Below are positions 43,259-54,721 of a stretch of 64,000 nucleotides of DNA, in pieces. Each line of letters starts with the position of its first letter. Positions within the stretch are counted from its first letter, which is position 1. The notes beneath the pieces were generated by a model. The model was not told the DNA's origin. It saw only the letters and a program-made list of their open reading frames with translations, and ran no database searches. Source of the DNA: TPA_inf: Saccharomyces (Eukaryota); NCBI GenBank assembly GCA_000146045.2, contig BK006936.2:32001-96000 (forward strand). The letters run 5' to 3'. Both the position numbers and the translations under genes were made by a program.

Positions 43259-46200
43259 ATGTTTCAAAGTTTTTTCCACAACAATGGGCCCGCTGCTGCC
43301 GGTGAAACGTTTTCAGATAGCAGATCGTACCCTTTAACGAATCATCAAGAAGTACCCAGGAATGGACTGAATGAGTTGGCCTCATCTGCAACCAAGGCGC
43401 AACAACAACCTACACACATATTAAACTCATATCCAATTACCGGGTCCAACCCACTCATGAGGGCAAGCGCAATGGGGGCGACCTCTGGCAGCATCAATCC
43501 TAATATGTCCAACATGAATGAGCACATTCGTGTTTCCGGGATGGGGACTTCTAAGCCCCTGGACTTAGCGGGAAAGTACATTGACCATCTACAACATAAA
43601 GATAGTAACACTCCCGTACTCGACGAACGATCTTATTATAACAGCGGGGTAGATTATAACTTCAGCAGAGAAAAAAACGGCTTAGGAGCGTTTACTCCAT
43701 TTGAAAAGCAAGATGTGTTCAACATTCCGGACGAGATTTTGCATGAATTTTCCACTTCACAGACAAAAACTGATATGGGTATTTTCCCGGAGTTAAATCG
43801 ATGTTGGATAACTATTGATAATAAACTGATACTCTGGAATATTAACAATGACAATGAGTATCAGGTGGTAGATGATATGAAGCATACCATTCAAAAAGTC
43901 GCCTTGGTAAGACCTAAGCCAAACACCTTTGTGCCTGCCGTGAAGCATCTACTTTTGATAAGCACGACAATGGAGCTTTTCATGTTTGCTATTTCCTTAG
44001 ACAAAGCCACCAACGAACTCAGTGTATTCAATACACATCTATCAGTCCCTGTACAAGGCATTGATGTAATAGACATTGTGTCTCATGAAAGATCGGGTAG
44101 AATTTTCTTCGCAGGCCAAGCCAGTGGCCTGAATATCTGGGAGTTGCACTACTCAGGTTCCGATGACTGGTTCAATAGTAAATGTAGTAAGGTCTGTCTG
44201 ACAAAGTCTGCCCTATTAAGTCTTCTACCTACTAACATGTTATCGCAGATTCCAGGTGTTGATTTTATTCAGGCTTTGTTCGAAGATAATTCTAACGGTA
44301 ATGGCGGATTTTCTCAAGAGACCATCACGCAACTAACTATTGACCAACAAAGAGGAATCATCTATTCATTATCCTCCAAATCCACCATTAGAGCATACGT
44401 AATAACAGAAAAATCACTGGAAGGACCCATGTCAATTGAGCCTGCCTACATCAGTAGGATCATAGGTACCACGACGGCAAGGGCAGCACCGATTTTGGGC
44501 CCCAAATACCTAAAAATTGTCAAGATAAGCTCTGTTGCACCAGAAGAAAACAACAATTTGTTTTTAGTTGCTTTAACAGTAGGTGGTGTGCGTTTGTACT
44601 TTAATGGTTCCATGGGCAGATTTAACATCGAAGCTTTGAGGTTAGAATCGATCAAGTTCCCCCCTAGTTCTGTAACTCCTGAAGTCATCCAACAAGAATT
44701 ACTACATCAACAACAGGAACAGGCGAAGAGAAGCTTTCCTTTCTTTTCAAATCTAATGTCTTCCGAACCAGTCCTCTTAAAATTCCAAAAGAAATCATCT
44801 GTATTACTAGAGACTACAAAAGCAAGTACAATTATTTCCCCAGGCATATTTTTTTCCGCTGTGATCAAGTCATCTCAGCAAACTCATCAACAAGAAAAAA
44901 AAGAGAACTCATCTGTTACTGGAACGACCGCTACCGCAGGGTCTAAAACTGTCAAACAACAGCCAGTTACTTTACAACATAAGCTTTTCGTTAGTGTTCC
45001 AGATTATGGTATCTTGAAAACACACGGTAAGTACGTTGAAAATGCCACGTTTTTGGAAACTGCGGGCCCAGTTCAACAAATTATTCCCTTATCGGGGTTG
45101 TTTAATGCAACGACAAAGCCACAAGGATTTGCTAACGAATTTGCGACACAGTACACATCAGAAACTTTAAGGGTAGCAGTTTTGACGAGCACTTCTATCG
45201 AAATTTATAAATATCGTACTCCTGATGAAATTTTTGAGGATCTAATCGATAATCCGCTGCCATTCGTCTTAAATTATGGTGCCGCGGAAGCTTGTTCCAC
45301 TGCATTGTTTGTTACTTGCAAATCAAATAAATCTGAAAAATTAAGATCTAATGCCCTGACTTTTTTAACTATGGGTATTCCTGGCGTTGTTGACATCAAA
45401 CCTGTCTACAACCGTTATTCTGTATCTACAGTATCCTCTTTATTGTCAAAGCCCACTTTATCAACCGCAACAACTAATCTCCAACAATCAATAACTGGCT
45501 TTAGTAAACCCTCCCCTGCAAACAAGGAAGATTTTGACTTAGATGACGTAATATTATCCCCCAGATTTTACGGTATTGCATTATTGATTACCAGACTACT
45601 TCGAGATATTTGGGGGAGACATGTCTTCATGACTTTTACAGATAATAGGGTGACATCCCATGCTTTCATTTCTTCTTCTGATCCAATCACTCCATCTATT
45701 AATAACCTAAAAAGTGATGAAATTTCACAAAATAGGAACATAATATCAAAGGTTTCTATTTCCAAGGATTGTATCGAGTACTATCTATCTTCAATTAACA
45801 TTTTAAATGAATTTTTCATCACTTATGGTGATTCAATTTCCCAAATATCAGCTCCCTACGTATTAGCGAACAATTCTAACGGCAGGGTTATTGATAAAAC
45901 AGAAGAAGTTGCAAACCAAGCGGAAAGTATAGCGATTAATGCGATGATCAAAATGGTACAGTCCATAAAGGAAGGTCTATCATTCTTGAACGTTTTATAC
46001 GAGGAAAGCGAAGTCGAAGGATTCGACAACCAATACCTTGGTTTCAAGGATATAATCAGTTTTGTAAGCTTGGACGTCCAAAAAGATTTAGTCAAACTAG
46101 ATTTTAAAGATTTATTTGCTCCAAATGACAAAACAAAATCATTAATTAGAGAAATTTTATTATCCATCATCAATAGGAATATCACCAAAGGTGCGTCGAT

Positions 46201-47767
46201 AGAGTATACCGCAACAGCTTTACAAGAACGCTGTGGATCATTCTGCTCTGCAAGTGATATATTAGGATTTAGAGCCATTGAACATCTTAGAAGGGCTAAA
46301 GAAATTGGCTTGCGTAACTATGATTCTCTAAACTATCACCTGAAAAATGCTACTGCTTTACTTGAACAAATTGTGGATGATCTTTCTATCGAGAAATTGA
46401 AAGAAGCTGTATCAATGATGCTGAGTGTAAATTATTACCCAAAATCTATTGAATTCTTATTGAATATTGCCAACTCTATGGACAAAGGCAAACTAGCTTG
46501 TCAATATGTGGCAAATGGATTTTTAGAAAATGATGATAGGAAACAATATTACGACAAACGTATCTTAGTTTATGACCTAGTTTTTGATACTTTAATAAAA
46601 GTAGACGAACTTGCCGAAAAAAAACAGTCATCAAAAACTCAAAACCAAATTTCGATATCGAATGACGATGAAGTGAAACTGAGACAAAAAAGTTATGAAG
46701 CCGCCCTAAAATATAACGATAGATTATTCCACTATCATATGTATGATTGGCTTGTGTCTCAGAACAGAGAGGAAAAACTATTAGATATTGAAACTCCATT
46801 CATACTCCCTTATTTAATGGAAAAGGCAGGTAGTTCATTGAAGATATCTAATATACTCTGGGTCTATTATTCAAGAAGATCTAAATTTTTCGAATCTGCT
46901 GAAATTCTTTACCGTTTAGCTACATCGAATTTTGACATCACATTGTTTGAAAGAATTGAGTTTCTTTCACGCGCCAATGGTTTTTGCAACAGTGTGTCAC
47001 CATTAAGCCAGAAACAAAGAATTGTACAATTAGCTAGTAGGATCCAAGATGCATGTGAAGTTGCTGGTATTCAAGGTGATATATTGTCGCTCGTGTATAC
47101 AGACGCAAGAATAGATTCAGCCATTAAAGATGAGCTGATCAAAACTCTAGATGGTAAAATATTGAGCACAAGTGAGCTGTTTAATGATTTTGCTGTACCC
47201 TTAAGTTACCATGAAATTGCCCTATTCATTTTCAAGATAGCAGATTTTAGGGACCATGAAGTAATTATGGCCAAGTGGGATGAGCTATTCCAATCTTTGA
47301 GGATGGAATTTAATAATACCGGAAAGAAAGAAGATTCAATGAACTTCATCAACTTACTGTCTAATGTACTGATTAAAATTGGTAAAAATGTTCAGGATTC
47401 TGAATTCATTTTCCCCATTTTCGAACTCTTTCCCATTGTCTGTAATTTTTTCTACGAAACACTACCTAAGGAACATATTGTATCAGGGTCGATAGTTTCT
47501 ATATTCATAACAGCGGGTGTTTCTTTCAACAAAATGTACTATATTTTAAAAGAACTAATCGAGACATCAGATTCCGATAATTCCGTATTTAATAAAGAAA
47601 TGACCTGGTTAATTCACGAATGGTACAAATCGGACAGGAAATTTAGGGACATTATTTCCTACAACGATATCATTCACTTGAAGGAATACAAAATTGATAA
47701 TGATCCAATTGAAAAGTACGTTAAGAACAGCGGCAATAATTTGGGGATTTGTTTCTACAAAGAATAA
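43259..47767 (+). CDS. NUP170: Inner-ring nucleoporin, Nup155 family (1502 aa)
   Basis: The ORF track start at 43253 is TTG. The first ATG is at 43259 and gives MFQSFFHNNGPAAAGETFSDSRSYPLTNHQEVPRNG... The N-terminal beta-propeller and C-terminal alpha-solenoid regions of Nup170 are recognised. Confidence 0.9.
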   Translation: MFQSFFHNNGPAAAGETFSDSRSYPLTNHQEVPRNGLNELASSATKAQQQPTHILNSYPITGSNPLMRASAMGATSGSINPNMSNMNEHIRVSGMGTSKPLDLAGKYIDHLQHKDSNTPVLDERSYYNSGVDYNFSREKNGLGAFTPFEKQDVFNIPDEILHEFSTSQTKTDMGIFPELNRCWITIDNKLILWNINNDNEYQVVDDMKHTIQKVALVRPKPNTFVPAVKHLLLISTTMELFMFAISLDKATNELSVFNTHLSVPVQGIDVIDIVSHERSGRIFFAGQASGLNIWELHYSGSDDWFNSKCSKVCLTKSALLSLLPTNMLSQIPGVDFIQALFEDNSNGNGGFSQETITQLTIDQQRGIIYSLSSKSTIRAYVITEKSLEGPMSIEPAYISRIIGTTTARAAPILGPKYLKIVKISSVAPEENNNLFLVALTVGGVRLYFNGSMGRFNIEALRLESIKFPPSSVTPEVIQQELLHQQQEQAKRSFPFFSNLMSSEPVLLKFQKKSSVLLETTKASTIISPGIFFSAVIKSSQQTHQQEKKENSSVTGTTATAGSKTVKQQPVTLQHKLFVSVPDYGILKTHGKYVENATFLETAGPVQQIIPLSGLFNATTKPQGFANEFATQYTSETLRVAVLTSTSIEIYKYRTPDEIFEDLIDNPLPFVLNYGAAEACSTALFVTCKSNKSEKLRSNALTFLTMGIPGVVDIKPVYNRYSVSTVSSLLSKPTLSTATTNLQQSITGFSKPSPANKEDFDLDDVILSPRFYGIALLITRLLRDIWGRHVFMTFTDNRVTSHAFISSSDPITPSINNLKSDEISQNRNIISKVSISKDCIEYYLSSINILNEFFITYGDSISQISAPYVLANNSNGRVIDKTEEVANQAESIAINAMIKMVQSIKEGLSFLNVLYEESEVEGFDNQYLGFKDIISFVSLDVQKDLVKLDFKDLFAPNDKTKSLIREILLSIINRNITKGASIEYTATALQERCGSFCSASDILGFRAIEHLRRAKEIGLRNYDSLNYHLKNATALLEQIVDDLSIEKLKEAVSMMLSVNYYPKSIEFLLNIANSMDKGKLACQYVANGFLENDDRKQYYDKRILVYDLVFDTLIKVDELAEKKQSSKTQNQISISNDDEVKLRQKSYEAALKYNDRLFHYHMYDWLVSQNREEKLLDIETPFILPYLMEKAGSSLKISNILWVYYSRRSKFFESAEILYRLATSNFDITLFERIEFLSRANGFCNSVSPLSQKQRIVQLASRIQDACEVAGIQGDILSLVYTDARIDSAIKDELIKTLDGKILSTSELFNDFAVPLSYHEIALFIFKIADFRDHEVIMAKWDELFQSLRMEFNNTGKKEDSMNFINLLSNVLIKIGKNVQDSEFIFPIFELFPIVCNFFYETLPKEHIVSGSIVSIFITAGVSFNKMYYILKELIETSDSDNSVFNKEMTWLIHEWYKSDRKFRDIISYNDIIHLKEYKIDNDPIEKYVKNSGNNLGICFYKE

Positions 47768-48377
47768 AAATTCATGTTCGACATATAGATAGCAGGGTAA
47801 TGTACGTGTATATTTTAATGTAATAAAGAGGCCTTACTAGACGGTAAAGTTAAGAATATCGAGTGAACTTTTCCTTAAGATAAAGGTAAATATAGTCGAG
47901 TATTTATTTATTATTCTTTTCCACTATACAGTATTTAAAATTCTGTAAGAAATTGATTCTACATACATAAGACAAACGAACAGGTCAGAGAGAATCAGAT
48001 TTTTGGTTAGCAAGAATACATTTTGGAGAAGAAAGACATTAACTCCACCTTACTGTATCATCTTATTTGCTTTTTCACTCCTTCCTAATATTTTTTTTAT
48101 TTTATTTTGAATTTCTTCCTATTTCTGATGCATTGAACAGATCGTAATCTGTAAGTAAATACCATAACGTGCTCACATTTGTCTCCAAATACTGGTGAAA
48201 TCTTGGCTCCGTTGTGTACAAAACTTCTTAATGAATATATATATATTTTTCCCTTATTTTATCTTTTTTTTTCGAATTTTTTATGTAAACATTCTTATAC
48301 TGGAACAATAGATGGCTAATGAGTCCCTATAATTTCGATTTTAGATGTTAACGCTTCATTTCTTTTCATATAAAAGA

Positions 48378-48731
48378 CTACCTGCCAAATGTATTTTCTC
48401 CTGAGTAAGTGACATACAAAAACCCGTCCTTATCCTTGTGTTCTTGATATATGGCAGACATCAACGCCGCAGTAGGTGGCAAAGTATCATTGACAAAAAT
48501 GAAGATGGCCTTCTCAGGGGGTAGCATAATTCTCTTTCTTATAACATAAACAAATTGCCCTACGGTAAGGTCAGCAGGAACTAGATATTTACGCTTATCA
48601 ATCTCTGGAATATCTGACTTTTCAGCTTTTTCGCAAATCACAGGTATCCTATTCTTGAACCTGTCAGCAATCCTCTCCGACTCCGCCTTCCTTTTTTCAA
48701 ATGGATATTCAGACTTAAATGTAGACTTCAT
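48378..48731 (-). CDS. ATG8: Ubiquitin-like autophagy modifier (117 aa)
   Basis: [68 protein letters not shown]...YSGENTFGR. Full-length identity to yeast Atg8, including the C-terminal G-R. Confidence 0.97.
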
Positions 48732-48855
48732 GTCTCTAGTAATTATTTTATTATGATTTTCTCAACTTTACAATTATTAGATTCTCTTATCAATCCCCTC
48801 CTCAACCTTTAATGGTTCCCCTTTTTGTATTTCCATAATTATACCAAATATTTTT

Positions 48856-48866
48856 GCCGCCGCCGA
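48856..48866 (-). promoter_or_regulatory. URS1 (Ume6-binding) element in the ATG8 promoter
   Basis: Plus strand GCCGCCGCCGA. On the ATG8 (minus) strand this reads TCGGCGGCGGC, matching the URS1 core TCGGCGGC. It lies about 125-135 bp upstream of the ATG8 ATG. Ume6/Sin3/Rpd3 repression of ATG8 through URS1 is established. Confidence 0.55.
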
Positions 48867-49042
48867 AAATAACCGGCCTCCGGGTGATGATATATCATGT
48901 GCTATGATTTCACGGGTATTATACAACATTATCGGTGGAGACAGTTAGCATTACATGACTCTAACTTAAACGTAAACTTACACATATACATCTATATCAC
49001 TTCGAGTAGAGAAAAATTTGTACGTATTTATATGAGTTGTTT

Positions 49043-52000
49043 TCATAATTTGAACACTTTTAATTTGAAAATGGTGTCATTAATAGATTGTTCTTCATCA
49101 CCAATTGGGTCTGTCTTTGAGCCGTCATATTTGGCAATGTCGGATCTACAGGTCTTGCTTAACATATCAAAATGTTCTTTGACAATGGCTTCAAAGTCGA
49201 TAGTATCTTTAACTAATTCGTACTCCACTAAAACATCGTCGGTGGCTTCCAAACCACACTTCTTTCTCAATTTTTGGATTCTGTTGACCAGCTCTCTTGC
49301 GAGACCTTCACTCTTTAGTTCAGAGTAAATATTTGTATCCATGATGATTAACACGTCTTGGTCGGTTCTGGTTTCTTGTCCAGCTTGGACAGCAGATTCT
49401 GGCAAGCCTCTAATAGCATTCAAATCTCCTTTAACCAGTTCAATACCGGCAACCTCCAACTTTCCGCTTTCCAAATATTCCCGTACTTGCTCAGAAGTGA
49501 CTGATGGTAGGGCATCTTTAACCTTCTTTGCGTCTTTTTTCAACTTCTTACCCAATACAGGCCAATCAGCAACTGCTTTATACTCAACACCATATTTTGC
49601 CTCATCGGAGGTGATAACAACATCACGAACATTTAATTCCTCGATAATGTAGTTTTTCAAGGCTTCTACATCCTTCAAGTATGATTCATCACTGTGAAGG
49701 ATGACCAAAGTCTTCAATGGAGTTTTTAAGGAAATAGTTTTCTTTTCACGAATGTTTCTACCCAAATCGATAACGGATTGCATTCTAGAAACTGCAGTTT
49801 CGATGGCCTCGTCAAAGTATTCTTTCTTGACCACTGGGTAAGATAAGAAATGGACTGATCTTCCGTCCTTACCGTATTTTGCTAAGACAGCTTCTGGGAT
49901 GTATTCCTTCAGTCTCAAATAAATGCTTTCTGACAAAAATGGGGTGAATGGAGCCATGGCACGGACAAATGTGAATAAGGCATCGAATAAAGAATTTAAT
50001 GCTTTCAAACAGTCCTCAACACCGTTTTCACCCTTCAAACGACGACGATTAAATCTAATATACCAGTTTGTCAATTCATCAATGAAATTCAAAAGTTTTG
50101 GAACGACAGTGTATAATTTGTACTGACCCATTTCTTCGTGAATGAATTGTACTAGAGATTGCATAGAAGCTAAAATCCATCTGTCCATGACATTATCACT
50201 TTTCACAGAATCATCATATTGGAAGTCGATGTTAGACATCTTTTTCAACAAGGCAATTTGACCGTCCAAAAATTTAAAGGAGTTCCACCATGGTAGTAAG
50301 ACCTTTGAAACAACCTCCTTAACACCCTCTTCTTTGAATTTCAAACTTTCAGCTTTTAAAACAGGTGAGTTTATCAAGTACAATCTTAATGCATCCGCAC
50401 CATATTTGTTCAGAACAATGGATGGATCAGGGTAATTTTTCAAGGATTTAGACATCTTTCTACCATCGGCAGCTAAGACAATACCAGAGACGATGACGTT
50501 CTTGTATGGAACAGAGCCAAATAGATGGGTACCTAAGACAGCTAACGTGTAGAACCAACCTCTTGTTTGATCCAAACCTTCAGAGATGAAATTAGCTGGA
50601 ACTCTTTCGTCAAATTTTTCTGTGTTTTCAAATGGATAATGTTGAGAAGCATAAGGCATAGAACCAGATTCAAACCAACAATCAAAAACTTCTTCAATTC
50701 TCTTTAAGTCACCCTTACCTTGCTTGGATGGAATTGTCAATTTGTCAATGACATCACGATGCAAGTCAGTGATGTTACGCACACCGGTCAATTCTTCCAA
50801 TTCTTTGATAGAACCAACACAGACGACCTCCTCAAAATCGTCTGAAACCCATAAAGGAATTGGAGTACCCCAATATCTATTTCTGGAAACGTTCCAGTCA
50901 CGGGCATTGGCGATCCAGTTGGCGAACCTCTTTTCCTTGATGGTGTTAGGAACCCAGTGAGATTTCATCACAGAATCCAACATTTGAGGGACAATGTTTT
51001 TAACACGAACGAACCAAGCTGGAACAGAACGGTATAACAATGGGGTATCGGATCTCCAACAGAATGGATAGGAATGGCGAATTTGGGATGCCAATAACAA
51101 ATTTCCAGTATTAGTTAAGTACTTAATAATCAACTTATCAGCGTCCTTGACATAAACACCCTCAAAATCAGGAACGTCTTTCGTGAATCTACCAAGGTCA
51201 TCAATGGCGTTAGGTAACACTGAATCTTCGGATATGACGCCGTTCTTCAAACAAGCAGCATTATCCTCTTCACCGAAAGCGGGAGCGTTATGAACAATAC
51301 CAGTACCGGAATCACTAGTAACATAATCATCTGAAATAACTCTAAAAGCTGTTTCATGGAACTGTTCAGCGAAATATGGGAACAATGGTTCATACTTCAA
51401 ACCAACCAAATCAGAACCTTTAATTTTTTCCACAATCTTATATTTTTCATTCTTAGGCTTCTTATACAAGGTTTTAATCAAAGATTCTAATAAGATGAAA
51501 TAACGATCTCTGGTTTCGTCGTAAATCTTTACATATTCGAAATCAGCGTTAACACATAACGACAAATTGGAAGGTAAAGTCCATGGAGTCGTAGTCCATG
51601 CGACCAATTGAGTTTTTTCCTGGCCAATAACATTGAAACCAATGGTCACAGCTGGGTCGTTAACATCTTTATAGTTTTGCTGAGCTTCAAAGTTACTCAA
51701 GGGAGTGGTTAGGCCAGTAGAATAAGGCATAACTTTGAATCCACGGTAAACTTGACCTTTTTCATGAAGTTGCTTGAAAGCCCACCATGTGGACTCCATA
51801 AAGGATGGATACATAGTCTTGTAATCGTTGTCGAAATCAATCCAACGACCCAAACGACCAATAGTTTTTCTCCAATCACTGGCATAAGTCATAACAATGG
51901 ATCTACACTCATTGTTGTAGTTTTCAAGACCATACTTGAAGACGTCATCTTTACCCGTGATACCTAATTTCTTGTCAATGATATGTTCAATTGGAACACC

Positions 52001-52261
52001 GTGTGTATCCCAACCGAATCTTCTTTCCACGTGGTGGCCTGTCATGGTAGCGTATCTTGGAACAATATCCTTAATAGTGGAAGCAAGAATATGACCGTAA
52101 TGAGGAGTACCGGTGGCAAATGGAGGCCCATCGAAGAAGGAAAACTCCGGTTTGTCTTTTGTTAATTCTAATGAAGTATGAAAGGCATCTATTTCATCCC
52201 AAAGAGATAGAACTTTTTCTTCCTCCTTTGGAAATGAGAAGTGTGCGTTACTCTCGGACAT
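49043..52261 (-). CDS. ILS1: Cytoplasmic isoleucyl-tRNA synthetase (class I), 1072 aa
   Basis: HIGH motif (PPFATGTPHYGHIL) and KMSKS motif (GRKMSKSLKNYPDP). Length and position match ILS1. Confidence 0.95.
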   Translation of the reverse strand: MSESNAHFSFPKEEEKVLSLWDEIDAFHTSLELTKDKPEFSFFDGPPFATGTPHYGHILASTIKDIVPRYATMTGHHVERRFGWDTHGVPIEHIIDKKLGITGKDDVFKYGLENYNNECRSIVMTYASDWRKTIGRLGRWIDFDNDYKTMYPSFMESTWWAFKQLHEKGQVYRGFKVMPYSTGLTTPLSNFEAQQNYKDVNDPAVTIGFNVIGQEKTQLVAWTTTPWTLPSNLSLCVNADFEYVKIYDETRDRYFILLESLIKTLYKKPKNEKYKIVEKIKGSDLVGLKYEPLFPYFAEQFHETAFRVISDDYVTSDSGTGIVHNAPAFGEEDNAACLKNGVISEDSVLPNAIDDLGRFTKDVPDFEGVYVKDADKLIIKYLTNTGNLLLASQIRHSYPFCWRSDTPLLYRSVPAWFVRVKNIVPQMLDSVMKSHWVPNTIKEKRFANWIANARDWNVSRNRYWGTPIPLWVSDDFEEVVCVGSIKELEELTGVRNITDLHRDVIDKLTIPSKQGKGDLKRIEEVFDCWFESGSMPYASQHYPFENTEKFDERVPANFISEGLDQTRGWFYTLAVLGTHLFGSVPYKNVIVSGIVLAADGRKMSKSLKNYPDPSIVLNKYGADALRLYLINSPVLKAESLKFKEEGVKEVVSKVLLPWWNSFKFLDGQIALLKKMSNIDFQYDDSVKSDNVMDRWILASMQSLVQFIHEEMGQYKLYTVVPKLLNFIDELTNWYIRFNRRRLKGENGVEDCLKALNSLFDALFTFVRAMAPFTPFLSESIYLRLKEYIPEAVLAKYGKDGRSVHFLSYPVVKKEYFDEAIETAVSRMQSVIDLGRNIREKKTISLKTPLKTLVILHSDESYLKDVEALKNYIIEELNVRDVVITSDEAKYGVEYKAVADWPVLGKKLKKDAKKVKDALPSVTSEQVREYLESGKLEVAGIELVKGDLNAIRGLPESAVQAGQETRTDQDVLIIMDTNIYSELKSEGLARELVNRIQKLRKKCGLEATDDVLVEYELVKDTIDFEAIVKEHFDMLSKTCRSDIAKYDGSKTDPIGDEEQSINDTIFKLKVFKL

Positions 52262-52498
52262 ATTTCCTTGGTTTTTTGAAGCTTTTGGCTAAAGGTTGTA
52301 GGAAGTCGAGTAACATCACTCTAGTTTAAAGCGCAAAATGATATTTTTCATGCTTAAGAGTCATCATTGTTTCGAGATTTCTTGCGTGCTGCGGAAACAA
52401 AAAAAAAAAAAATTTTTCGTCATCATGGATAGATTACCCGCCATCGTATAAAAGGTTAAACATAAAAAGTAGCTAAATAGAACACTATAGAAGAATAA

Positions 52499-54448
52499 TC
52501 AATCAACCTCTTCCACTGTTGGACCTGTATCTTCTCCACCTCCCGTAGCACCCGAGTTGGGCATGGATCCGGGGAATCCACCGGATTCCCCCGCTCCAGG
52601 ACCTGCGCCGGCACCAGCACCGTAAAATTTCGTCATTATTGGATTGGCAATGCCTTCCAACTCCTTTTGTCTATCCTTATATTCGTCCGTAGAGGCTGCC
52701 TGCGATGCATCTAACCAGTCAATGGTTTCCTGAGACGCTGTTTCTAATCTCTTTGCATCATCTTCACCTACTTTCTCTTTGAAACTTGCTTCGTTTATGG
52801 TATTCTTCAAAGTAAATGCATACGATTCAAGCTGATTCTTAGCCTGAACTCGTTCTGCCTCCCTTTCATCGTCAGCCCTATATTTTTCAGCTTCAGAAAC
52901 CATCCTATCAATATCATCCTTCGAGAGCCTACCTTTATCGTTAGTGATCGTGATTTTGTTACTCTTACCAGTACCCTTTTCCAAAGCAGACACATTAAGA
53001 ATACCATTAGCGTCGATATCAAAGGTAACATCAATTTGAGGCACACCTCTGGGAGCAGGCGGAATGCCACTTAATTCGAATTTACCAAGTAAGTTATTAT
53101 CCTTTGTTCTTGTTCTTTCACCTTCAAAGACTTGAATTAAAACACCAGGTTGATTATCTGCATAGGTAGAGAAGGTTTCCGATTTCTTTGTTGGAATCGT
53201 TGAGTTTCTAGGAATTAGCTTAGTCATTATGCCGCCTGCAGTTTCAATTCCTAGGGACAATGGCGCAACATCCAATAATAGTAAATCTTGTGTCTTTGTT
53301 GATTGATCGCCGGTTAAAATGGCAGCTTGAACGGCTGCACCATAAGCAACAGCCTCATCCGGGTTGATAGAACGATTAGGCTCTTTGCCATTGAAGAAGT
53401 CAGAAACTAATTTCTGAATCTTTGGGATTCTGGTAGATCCACCGACTAACACAATCTCATCAATTTGGGACTTGTCCAGCTTCGAATCTTTAAGAACCTT
53501 TTCTACTGGTTCCAATGTGGATCTGAATAAATCAGCACATAGCTCTTCAAACCTTGCCCTTGTTAACGAAGTGTAGAAATCCATACCTTCAAATAAAGAA
53601 TCGATCTCGATCGAGGTTTGAGATGAGGAAGAAAGCGCTCTCTTAGCTCTTTCTGCCGCAGTTCTCAATCTTCTTAACGATCTTTGATTATTAGAGATGT
53701 CCTTTTTCGTTTTCCTTTTGAATTCAGTGGCTAAATGGTTCACCAACCTATTATCAAAATCTTCACCACCTAAATGAGTGTCTCCTGCGGTAGCCTTAAC
53801 CTCAAAAACACCCTCATCAATTGAAAGTAAAGAGACGTCAAAAGTACCACCACCCAAATCAAAAATCAGGACATTGTGCTCAGCCCTGCCTTTCTTATCC
53901 AAGCCATAAGCAATTGCTGCTGCAGTGGGTTCATTGATAATACGTAAAACGTTCATCCCTGCAATAGTTCCTGCATCCTTAGTGGCTTGTCTTTGAGAAT
54001 CATTGAAATATGCAGGAACAGTTACAACAGCATCATTGACCGTAGTTCCCAAATAGTTCTCAGCAGTTTCCTTCATTTTGCTTAAAACCATGGAAGAAAT
54101 TTCCTCAGGCGTAAATGTTTTCGTTTCACCCTTATATTCTACTTGCACTACAGGTTTACCATCTCTGGATATAACTTTGAAAGGGAAGTGCTTGGCATCT
54201 GTCGTCACTTCAGGATCATCAAATTTACGACCAATTAACCGCTTTGCATCAAAAACTGTATTATGAGGATTGATTGCAGCTTGATTTTTGGCGGCGTCAC
54301 CAATTAATCTTTCGGTGTCTGTGAAAGCCACATACGATGGAGTGGTCCTATTACCTTGATCATTTGCAATTATCTCTACCCTATCATTGGAAAAATGAGC
54401 AACACACGAGTAAGTTGTTCCCAAATCAATACCAACTGCTCTAGACAT
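52499..54448 (-). CDS. SSA3: Hsp70-family chaperone, stress-inducible cytosolic SSA type (649 aa)
   Basis: [42 protein letters not shown]... with a C-terminal [18 protein letters not shown] tail. The 649-aa length and chromosomal context indicate SSA3. Confidence 0.9.
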   Translation of the reverse strand: MSRAVGIDLGTTYSCVAHFSNDRVEIIANDQGNRTTPSYVAFTDTERLIGDAAKNQAAINPHNTVFDAKRLIGRKFDDPEVTTDAKHFPFKVISRDGKPVVQVEYKGETKTFTPEEISSMVLSKMKETAENYLGTTVNDAVVTVPAYFNDSQRQATKDAGTIAGMNVLRIINEPTAAAIAYGLDKKGRAEHNVLIFDLGGGTFDVSLLSIDEGVFEVKATAGDTHLGGEDFDNRLVNHLATEFKRKTKKDISNNQRSLRRLRTAAERAKRALSSSSQTSIEIDSLFEGMDFYTSLTRARFEELCADLFRSTLEPVEKVLKDSKLDKSQIDEIVLVGGSTRIPKIQKLVSDFFNGKEPNRSINPDEAVAYGAAVQAAILTGDQSTKTQDLLLLDVAPLSLGIETAGGIMTKLIPRNSTIPTKKSETFSTYADNQPGVLIQVFEGERTRTKDNNLLGKFELSGIPPAPRGVPQIDVTFDIDANGILNVSALEKGTGKSNKITITNDKGRLSKDDIDRMVSEAEKYRADDEREAERVQAKNQLESYAFTLKNTINEASFKEKVGEDDAKRLETASQETIDWLDASQAASTDEYKDRQKELEGIANPIMTKFYGAGAGAGPGAGESGGFPGSMPNSGATGGGEDTGPTVEEVD

Positions 54449-54532
54449 TTTTCTTTGTAGCGTTTAGTACCTATTCTATCCGTTTAGTGACAAACATTGA
54501 CATACAAGAATGTTTATGCTACCAATTTCAGT

Positions 54533-54660
54533 CACTTTATATACCCTTCCATTCGTTTCCAATTGTGCAATATGATACATCCCTTAACCATCTTCTGGTC
54601 ACCCTTGTGGCTGCTTCTGTAATATTCTATAACTTTCCACAGCGATCCCTAATTAAGGGC
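54533..54660 (-). promoter_or_regulatory. SSA3 promoter: TATA box (GTATATAAAG on the gene strand, about 54536-54544) and a post-diauxic-shift (PDS) / STRE-like element pair, CCCT..AGGG, at 54645-54660
   Basis: Plus strand gATCCCTAATTAAGGGCa. Its reverse complement contains TTAGGGAT, the PDS consensus T(T/A)AGGGAT. The forward strand has TTAAGGGCA. About 200 bp upstream of the SSA3 ATG. Canonical alternating nGAAnnTTCn HSE trimers were searched for and were not convincingly found in this 273-bp promoter. Confidence 0.5.
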
Positions 54661-54721
54661 ACCCATAACCTCCATAGGCATCAAGTCAAATACGTTTGAT
54701 GATAGCGCCGCACGATGATCG

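Noticed and set aside
54449-54721. Canonical heat-shock element (alternating nGAAnnTTCnnGAAn) in the SSA3 promoter
   Set aside because: Only direct TTC repeats (TTCCATTCGTTTCC, 54567-54580) and gapped fragments are present. I could not support a canonical HSE call from the sequence alone, although a non-canonical gapped HSE may exist.
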